From: a bacterium
GTDB lineage: Bacteria; Patescibacteriota; Minisyncoccia; 2-02-FULL-40-12; IGHO2-12-FULL-4
DNA: 64,000 bases
Reading direction: 5' to 3'
Assembly (NCBI GenBank): GCA_030647955.1
Contig: JAUSIQ010000003.1
Span: 2,111-66,110 of the forward strand
Of this stretch, positions 58,248 through 64,000 are shown piece by piece. The stretch's first letter is position 1. The number at the start of each line of letters is the position of its first letter. A program made the position numbers and the translations under genes. The notes under the pieces were generated by a model that saw only the letters and a list, made by a program, of their open reading frames with translations, ran no database searches and was not told the origin of the DNA.

Positions 58248-58817
58248 ATGGATACTCCAAGAATGTTAACTAAATATCGCAAAGAGATAGTCCCGGCCAT
58301 GCGGGAGAAGTTTAAATACAAGACTGTTATGGCGGTGCCAAAAGTTTTAAAGGTGGTTTTGAATATTGGCGTGGGACGCTATGTGAAGGATGATAAGATG
58401 CTAGAAGTTATTGAAAGAGATTTAAGTTTAATCACCGGACAGAAACCCGCCCCGACTTTTGCCAAGAAATCCATCGCTAGCTTTAAGCTTCGCGAGGGGA
58501 TGAAGGTGGGTTATAAAGTAACCTTGCGAGGAAAGAGAATGTATGATTTTATAGATAGACTAGTATCTATCGCTTTCCCCAGAACTCGCGATTTTCGAGG
58601 TTTGGATTTAAAATCTTTTGATAAAAAAGGTTCCTTGAATTTGGGTATTACGGAACAGAGTATCTTTCCGGAAGTGCATTATGAATCCTTAAAAGAAGTT
58701 TTCGGCTTAGAGATCGCGGTAGTAACCAGTGCCCAAAGAAGAGAGGAAGCGATTGAATTGTTAAAATTGATCGGATTTCCATTTAAGAAAGAAGAAAAGA
58801 AAACCAGTAAGAAATAA
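58248..58817 (+). CDS. rplE: 50S ribosomal protein L5
   Basis: L5 signature. Start set at ATG 58248 (MDTPRMLTKY...), not the tracked 58167 which overlaps rplX. Confidence 0.85.
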   Translation: MDTPRMLTKYRKEIVPAMREKFKYKTVMAVPKVLKVVLNIGVGRYVKDDKMLEVIERDLSLITGQKPAPTFAKKSIASFKLREGMKVGYKVTLRGKRMYDFIDRLVSIAFPRTRDFRGLDLKSFDKKGSLNLGITEQSIFPEVHYESLKEVFGLEIAVVTSAQRREEAIELLKLIGFPFKKEEKKTSKK

Positions 58818-58822
58818 ATACC

Positions 58823-59008
58823 ATGGCGAAAGAATCAACTAAGGCGCGAGCCAAAAAGAAACCCAAATATTCCAGCCGGATTGTCCGACGCTGTTTTATC
58901 TGCGGAAGAAAATACGGTTATATGCGCAAGTTCGATTTGTGTCGTATGCATTTCAGAGAATTGGCTAGTGAAGGATTGCTGCCAGGTATTACAAAATCAT
59001 CTTGGTAA
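58823..59008 (+). CDS. rpsZ: 30S ribosomal protein S14 type Z (zinc-binding)
   Basis: 61 aa, CFICGRK...CRMHFRE, ends ...SSW. Confidence 0.9.
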   Translation: MAKESTKARAKKKPKYSSRIVRRCFICGRKYGYMRKFDLCRMHFRELASEGLLPGITKSSW

Positions 59009-59097
59009 GAGAAGTTCATCAAGTTTATAAAGTTATAAAGTTCATAAAGTAGAAGGATCAAGTCTTAAAACTTTACGGACTTTTCACTTTATAAACT
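59009..59097. repeat. AT-rich palindromic intergenic element (family member F) between rpsZ and rpsH
   Basis: GAGAAGTTCATCAAGTTTATAAAGTTATAAAGTTCATAAAGTAGAA...AAAACTTTACGGACTTTTCACTTTATAAACT; near-identical to G. Confidence 0.75.
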
Positions 59098-59105
59098 ATT
59101 CCGCT

Positions 59106-59504
59106 ATGTATATTGTTTCCGACATGTTAATAAGAATCAAAAACGCGCAGGCGGCTCGAAAAGAGCGGCTTTTGATTCCGTTCTCCAAGATGAAATGGGA
59201 GATTGCCAAAGTCCTTAAAGAGGCGGGCTTTATTCAAGACTTTGAGAGAAGAAAAAAGAAAATAAAAAAGACCGAGCATGCTTTTATTGAAGTTAAGTTG
59301 GAGGTAACGGCAGGAGATGTGGCTATTTCTGAAGTAAAAATTATCAGCAAACCATCGAGACGGGTCTATATCAAAAAGAGTGAAATTCGACCAGTCTTAG
59401 GAGGTTATGGCATCGCGATTCTCTCTACTCCGAAAGGAGTAATGACGGGAGAAGAAGCCAAGAAGAATAACTTAGGAGGGGAATGGTTAGCTGAGATATG
59501 GTAA
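59106..59504 (+). CDS. rpsH: 30S ribosomal protein S8
   Basis: S8 signature. Confidence 0.95.
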   Translation: MYIVSDMLIRIKNAQAARKERLLIPFSKMKWEIAKVLKEAGFIQDFERRKKKIKKTEHAFIEVKLEVTAGDVAISEVKIISKPSRRVYIKKSEIRPVLGGYGIAILSTPKGVMTGEEAKKNNLGGEWLAEIW

Positions 59505-59603
59505 GAGAAGTTCATCAAGTTTATAAAGTTATAAAGTTCATAAAGTAGAAAGATCAAATCTTAAAACTTTAAAAACTTTACGGACTTTTCACTTTATAAA
59601 CTA
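59505..59603. repeat. AT-rich palindromic intergenic element (family member G) between rpsH and rplF; equals F plus a 10-nt internal duplication
   Basis: Differs from F by 3 single-nucleotide substitutions plus the 10-nt insertion AAAACTTTAA; the preceding TGGTAA (last codon + stop) is also shared with the rpsZ junction. Confidence 0.75.
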
Positions 59604-59609
59604 AATTCG

Positions 59610-60155
59610 ATGTCACGAATTGGAAAAAAACCAGTAATTTTGCCCAACAATGTGGAACTAAAAGTTCAGGATGGTTTTATTTGGACCAAAGGACCAAAGG
59701 GTGAGCTCAAGAGACCATTAGATTCACGCGTGGAAGTAAAGGTTGAAGAGGGGCAGGTTTTTGTTACACTCAAGGAAGAGCGCAACGATCTTTCGGCAAT
59801 CTGGGGCCTTTACCGCTCCTTAATTGCCAATATGATCAAGGGCGTAGAGGTTGGATTTGAGAGAATTTTAACCTTCCAAGGCGTAGGATTTAAGGCCGTA
59901 GCCACCGGAAGCACTATCGAGTTAAACCTGGGATTTTCCCATCCTATTAAATACGAAGCTCCCCAAGAAATTACTTTTAAAGTGGAGAAGAATAAAATTG
60001 TGGTCAGCGGAATTGATAAAGAGTTAGTAGGCCATGTCGCTTCCAGCATTCGCAATTTCAAAAAGCCGGAGCCTTATAAGGGTAGCGGTATTAAATACGC
60101 CGAAGAAGTTATTATTAAGAAAGCTGGAAAGAAAGCGGCGACTACAGCTAGTTAA
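59610..60155 (+). CDS. rplF: 50S ribosomal protein L6
   Basis: L6 signature. Confidence 0.95.
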   Translation: MSRIGKKPVILPNNVELKVQDGFIWTKGPKGELKRPLDSRVEVKVEEGQVFVTLKEERNDLSAIWGLYRSLIANMIKGVEVGFERILTFQGVGFKAVATGSTIELNLGFSHPIKYEAPQEITFKVEKNKIVVSGIDKELVGHVASSIRNFKKPEPYKGSGIKYAEEVIIKKAGKKAATTAS

Positions 60156-60164
60156 ATTTAAGCC

Positions 60165-60515
60165 ATGGATAAACAAAAGCAAAAACTAATTCATCGCCAA
60201 AGAAGACACCATCGAGTGCGGGCGAAAATCACTGGATCTGCGGAACTTCCCCGTGTGGCGGTTTATCGTAGCTTAAAATACATCTACTCTCAGGTAATCG
60301 ACGATTCCAAAGGAAAGACGATCTGCTCCATTAACGACATTAAGCTTAAAGAGAAGAACAAGACGGAACGTTCCTTTAAGGCCGGAGAGATGTTGGGAGA
60401 AATGATCAAGAAAAATAATATTAAAAAAGTTTTGTTTGATCGAGGTGGTTTTAGATATCATGGTCGGGTGAAAGCGTTAGCGGAAGGCTTAAGAAAGAGC
60501 GGTATTCAACTTTAA
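60165..60515 (+). CDS. rplR: 50S ribosomal protein L18
   Basis: L18 signature. Confidence 0.9.
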   Translation: MDKQKQKLIHRQRRHHRVRAKITGSAELPRVAVYRSLKYIYSQVIDDSKGKTICSINDIKLKEKNKTERSFKAGEMLGEMIKKNNIKKVLFDRGGFRYHGRVKALAEGLRKSGIQL

Positions 60516-60519
60516 ACCT

Positions 60520-61080
60520 ATGGAAAAAACAACTACCCCACAACAAGGTAATCAAAGAGGAGGACGCGGAGGCGATTTTCGAGGAAGAGGCCGAGGACCG
60601 CGCTCTAATAACTTTGAAAAGAAATCTGAATTTGATCAGAAGGTTTTAGATATTGCTCGTGTCACCCGTGTTACCAAAGGAGGCAAGCGTTTTAGCTTTC
60701 GAGCCACAGTAGTTATTGGCGATGGCAAGGGTTCAGTGGGAGTAGGTGTGGCCAAAGGCCGCGACGTGGCCCAAGCTATTCAGAAAGCCACTCACCAGGC
60801 CAAGCGCACCATGATTAAGCTGCGCATTAAAAACGGCACCATCCTGCATCCCGTTTCTGCTAAATATAATAGCGCGGTAGTGGTCTTGAAACCGGCGGCA
60901 ATCGGTAACGGTGTTAAAGCCGGTGGTCCAGTCCGAGCGGTGGCGAAGCTGGGGGGAATTGAAAATATTACCGCTAAGCTGACTTCGCGCACGAGAAACA
61001 AAATCAACATCGCCAGAGCGACGATTGAGGCTTTGGCTAAATTAAAAGTAGAGCAAGTGGTGACAGTTGTTACCCATTAA
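60520..61080 (+). CDS. rpsE: 30S ribosomal protein S5 (Gly/Arg-rich N-terminal extension)
   Basis: S5 dsRBD and C-domain signature. Confidence 0.95.
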   Translation: MEKTTTPQQGNQRGGRGGDFRGRGRGPRSNNFEKKSEFDQKVLDIARVTRVTKGGKRFSFRATVVIGDGKGSVGVGVAKGRDVAQAIQKATHQAKRTMIKLRIKNGTILHPVSAKYNSAVVVLKPAAIGNGVKAGGPVRAVAKLGGIENITAKLTSRTRNKINIARATIEALAKLKVEQVVTVVTH

Positions 61081-61089
61081 TCTTAAAAT

Positions 61090-61545
61090 ATGCAGCTTCA
61101 CGAATTAAAACTAAAGAATCAACCCCGCCAGGCCAGACGTGTCGGTCGCGGAGGTAAACGCGGAACTTTCTCCGGAAAGGGCAGTAAAGGACAACAAGCT
61201 CGAGGAGCTCGTTTGGGCGTGGATTTTCGCGGAGGCAACCAGCCGATTTGGAAGGTCTTTCCTAAAAAGAGAGGCTCTACCAAAAAGACCGATATAAAAC
61301 ACCGTTATTTCCAAACCGAAGCGGCGGCTATTCCGGTTATTAATCTTGGTAAAATTAATCAGCTTTTCTCGGCGGGAGATACGGTTAGTCCGGCTACTTT
61401 GCTAGAGAAGGGTTTGATTCACGTTCGCAATAAAAAAGTTAAAATTTTAGGTCAGGGAGAGTTGGATAAAAAACTCAAATTTTCTGGATTGATCTTCTCT
61501 CAGTCTGCCAAGGATAAAATCTTGAAGTCTGGAGAAATTCTCTAA
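61090..61545 (+). CDS. rplO: 50S ribosomal protein L15
   Basis: L15 signature. Starts 9 nt after rpsE, so no rpmD (L30) is present. Confidence 0.9.
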   Translation: MQLHELKLKNQPRQARRVGRGGKRGTFSGKGSKGQQARGARLGVDFRGGNQPIWKVFPKKRGSTKKTDIKHRYFQTEAAAIPVINLGKINQLFSAGDTVSPATLLEKGLIHVRNKKVKILGQGELDKKLKFSGLIFSQSAKDKILKSGEIL

Positions 61546-61549
61546 TTAC

Positions 61550-62809
61550 ATGGAGCGTTTGCTAAAAATTTTCAAAATCAAAGATCTCCGCTACAAAATT
61601 CTCTTTGTGGTGGGTATTTTGGTAGTTTCTCGTATTGCTTCGACTATTCCGATTCCCAGTGTGGATGCGGATCGTTTGCGTGAATTCTTTGCCAATAACC
61701 AACTCTTCGGTTTGATCAGTACGTTTACGGGCGGAGGATTAGCCACGCTTTCGGTGGCCATGTTAGGACTCGGTCCTTACATTACCGGTTCGATTATTAT
61801 GCAGTTGTTGACGATGGTCTTTCCTCCTTTAGAGCAGATGTATAAATACGGAGGAGAAGCAGGACGCGCTAAATTTAATCAATTCTCTCGAATGCTGACA
61901 GTGCCCTTAGCTTTCTTGCAAGGCTATGCATTTATTTCTTTGCTAGCTCGGCAAGGAGTACTGCAGCCTTTGTCTATGGGGCAGTGGGCGAGTTCGCTTT
62001 TGGTAGTAGCCGCTGGGGCGGTGTTCTTGATGTGGTTAGGAGAATTGATCACGGAGAAGAATATTGGCAACGGTATTTCTTTATTAATCTTCGCCGGTAT
62101 TGTTTCCGGTTTTCCGGCCAGCTTTAGTCAGACCTTATCTATTTTCGATCGTTCTCAATTATTTATGTATATCGGATTTGCCGCAGTGGCCCTAGTGGTT
62201 ATCGCTGGAGTAGTCTACTTAACGGAAGCACAGAGAAATATTCCCATTAACTACGCTAAAAAAGTTCGTGGATCCAAAGTTTATGGAGGAGTGTCCACTT
62301 ACTTGCCGATGCGCGTGAATAACGCCGGAGTTATGCCGATCATTTTCGCTTTATCGATTCTGCTCTTTCCGGGCATGATTGCTAACTTCTTTGCCAACTC
62401 TTCGGTGAGCTTTATTAGTAATCTGGCCAACTTCTTCAATAGTTTTATTCAGAACCAGTTTTTTTATAGCTTGGCTTACTTCATTCTTGTGGTGGTCTTT
62501 ACTTACTTTTACACTGCCGTCACCTTTGATCCCAAGTCTATTTCCGAAAATATTCAAAAGCAGGGCGGCTATATTCCTGGAATTAGACCGGGTCAGGCCA
62601 CCACTCAATTCTTGGAACACTTGCTTAATCGTATTACCTTAGTGGGGGCCGTCTTTCTGGGTATTATCGCTATCTTGCCGAATATTGTACAGGCTTTCAC
62701 CGGTATTACTGCCTTTACGGTAGGAGGTACCTCAATATTGATCGTAGTGTCGGTGGTGCTGGAAACGATGAAGCAGTTAGACGCCCAGATCTCAATGTAC
62801 GAGTACTAG
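61550..62809 (+). CDS. secY: Protein translocase subunit SecY
   Basis: 10-TM SecY signature. Confidence 0.95.
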   Translation: MERLLKIFKIKDLRYKILFVVGILVVSRIASTIPIPSVDADRLREFFANNQLFGLISTFTGGGLATLSVAMLGLGPYITGSIIMQLLTMVFPPLEQMYKYGGEAGRAKFNQFSRMLTVPLAFLQGYAFISLLARQGVLQPLSMGQWASSLLVVAAGAVFLMWLGELITEKNIGNGISLLIFAGIVSGFPASFSQTLSIFDRSQLFMYIGFAAVALVVIAGVVYLTEAQRNIPINYAKKVRGSKVYGGVSTYLPMRVNNAGVMPIIFALSILLFPGMIANFFANSSVSFISNLANFFNSFIQNQFFYSLAYFILVVVFTYFYTAVTFDPKSISENIQKQGGYIPGIRPGQATTQFLEHLLNRITLVGAVFLGIIAILPNIVQAFTGITAFTVGGTSILIVVSVVLETMKQLDAQISMYEY

Positions 62810-62823
62810 GAACCTTTGCGATA

Positions 62824-62866
62824 AAAAACCAGAAGCCCCGAAGATTAGGGGCTTTTCTGGTTTTTT
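62824..62866 (+). terminator. Strong intrinsic terminator after secY (AACCAGAAGCCCC-GAAGATTA-GGGGCTTTTCTGGTT plus TTTTTT)
   Basis: 15-bp stem and T-run seen directly. Confidence 0.8.
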
Positions 62867-63139
62867 CTCCCTAAAGGGTTTGCTCCATTTCTTTGTTAAA
62901 ATCTCCGTCTGAGACTCACCGTACTAACGTACGTTTCGTCTCAATACTCGATTTTGCCGCGAACTGGAGCAAACGCAAAGGTTCTGATGATTCTCAATAC
63001 TGGATTTTAGGCAAACGAGAAAATTTTTAGAAATTAGTCTCGATCATCACTGCTCATAATTTACGTGTAAATATTTCTCATAATTTAGATTTTTTTCATT
63101 GAAAATAAGGCCGAAAGGGCCTTTTTTTCATCTTCATTT
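62867..63139 (+). ncRNA. Candidate small structured RNA/non-coding spacer between the secY terminator and a second terminator (AAGGCC-GAAA-GGGCCTT plus TTTTT at 63117-63139)
   Basis: 10-bp long-range stem GGTTTGCTCCA...TGGAGCAAAC (62879-62975), inner GAGAC/GTCTC stem, then its own terminator; no ORF. Confidence 0.25.
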
Positions 63140-63187
63140 TCGGTTCATTATGAGGGCCTATTATGAGGCCACGAGGGTATATACCCC

Positions 63188-63216
63188 TTGACAGCACTGT
63201 TATAAGGGTTTATAAT
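63188..63216 (+). promoter_or_regulatory. Perfect sigma70 consensus promoter TTGACA-17-TATAAT driving the GC-rich downstream gene
   Basis: TTGACA 63188-63193, 17-nt spacer, TATAAT 63211-63216; SD GAGAAGGAGA then ATG at 63275. Confidence 0.55.
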
Positions 63217-63274
63217 ATATAGATGAGTAGTACCTTGCATAACTAGCATCCCCAACGGGGGAGAAGGAGACGGT

Positions 63275-64000
63275 ATGAAGTTCTGGATTTCAGCAGTTTT
63301 GGTCGCTTGTTTGGTCCTCCCAGTGGGGATGGTCCAGGAAGCGGCTGCGCAGGTGCAGGCCAAGAAAGCGGCTCCGGTGAAGAAGAAAACGACCCTCAGG
63401 AGGGTTGTTGCACCCGAGCTTCCGCTTAACGCCTACGAGACGTACTCGGAGTGCGAGCAGGCGCTCAAGCAGAAGAGGGGCTATTACGTGCCCACCTTCT
63501 TCGGAGAGAGAGGACGGAAGCCGAAACGGCCCGTGGCCTCCACAAGGGCTTTGGAAGCGGATGGTTGCGCCTATCTAAAGGTAGCCGGCGGAATGTACGC
63601 CTGGGTACCTCAGAAGAAGGGGACGCTTTACGACTATGATGCCGAGTATCATCCGATTCGTCGGCATGATTGCGGCAATTCTGTCGTGGAGATTCGCTAT
63701 CCTAAGGCCGAGCCGGTGTTAAGAGCGATTGTGGCTGCTGAGGCCGAGCCTCGTGCTGAAGCAGAGCCTGTGCCACCTGCCGAGGCTCCGCCTGTCTTCA
63801 CTTCCACGCCGGCTGTACCGGTGAAGGTGAGGCAGGATGGAGTGGTCAACATTGTTGGAAATAACAACGAGGTTGACTTCAGGAGCATTAAGGTCATTGA
63901 ACGAGTCCATCCGGTTGTCGTAGAAAGGCACGGTATGTCTACCGGCACCAAATGGGTGATTGGCGGTGTCGCGGCCGGCATCGTTGGTGGGCTCGTGTAC
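63275..64000 (+). CDS. GC-rich (~58%) secreted/membrane hypothetical protein, 3'-truncated by window end; likely horizontally acquired
   Basis: ORF open from ATG 63275 to window end (>241 codons). Signal peptide MKFWISAVLVACLVLPVGMVQEAAAQ; C-terminal hydrophobic segment; Ala/Pro/Glu-rich linker. Codon usage unlike the rest of the window. Confidence 0.5.
   Translation, partial: MKFWISAVLVACLVLPVGMVQEAAAQVQAKKAAPVKKKTTLRRVVAPELPLNAYETYSECEQALKQKRGYYVPTFFGERGRKPKRPVASTRALEADGCAYLKVAGGMYAWVPQKKGTLYDYDAEYHPIRRHDCGNSVVEIRYPKAEPVLRAIVAAEAEPRAEAEPVPPAEAPPVFTSTPAVPVKVRQDGVVNIVGNNNEVDFRSIKVIERVHPVVVERHGMSTGTKWVIGGVAAGIVGGLVY

Noticed and set aside
21397-59603. CRISPR array interpretation of the AT-rich repeats
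   Set aside because: The repeats are dispersed over 38 kb and internally palindromic. They are not regularly spaced by unique spacers of constant length, and no cas genes are present.

Overview
This 64 kb window is a low-GC (~43-45%) bacterial chromosomal segment with small-genome, CPR/Patescibacteria-like traits. Genes are compact, GTG/TTG starts are common, ribosomal protein L30 is missing, ComEC is split into two genes, and the ribonucleotide reductase is the B12-dependent class II NrdJ. Content is mostly housekeeping. It includes five aminoacyl-tRNA synthetases (ileS 3' end, glyQS, metG, leuS, hisS), recO, tatD, rsmI, tsaC, folD, rel, topA-dprA-pth, lepB, rpsU-yqeY-ybeY, ftsA-ftsZ, nrdJ, comEC (split), ndk, parAB, and tRNA-Leu(CAA) and tRNA-Pro(GGG). 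The str operon (rpsL-rpsG-fusA-tuf) and the S10-spc ribosomal protein block through secY are present. The unusual content is non-coding. (1) A family of at least seven AT-rich palindromic elements of about 65-100 bp, built on the unit AAGTTCATAAAGT, sits in intergenic spacers of the ribosomal-protein and par operons. (2) A 70-nt stretch is duplicated exactly, each copy followed by a different long hairpin; the recO-proximal copy lies downstream of a consensus promoter and starts a 34-codon ORF. (3) Two ~110 bp elements share CCGTACGAA terminal inverted repeats. (4) A GC-rich mini-element next to tRNA-Leu is flanked by tRNA-derived fragments. (5) Two GC-rich (~58%) insertions look foreign: a small gene after nrdJ, and a signal-peptide protein driven by a perfect sigma70-consensus promoter where adk-map-infA would normally follow secY. 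No CRISPR array, rRNA gene or recognisable transposase/integrase is visible.
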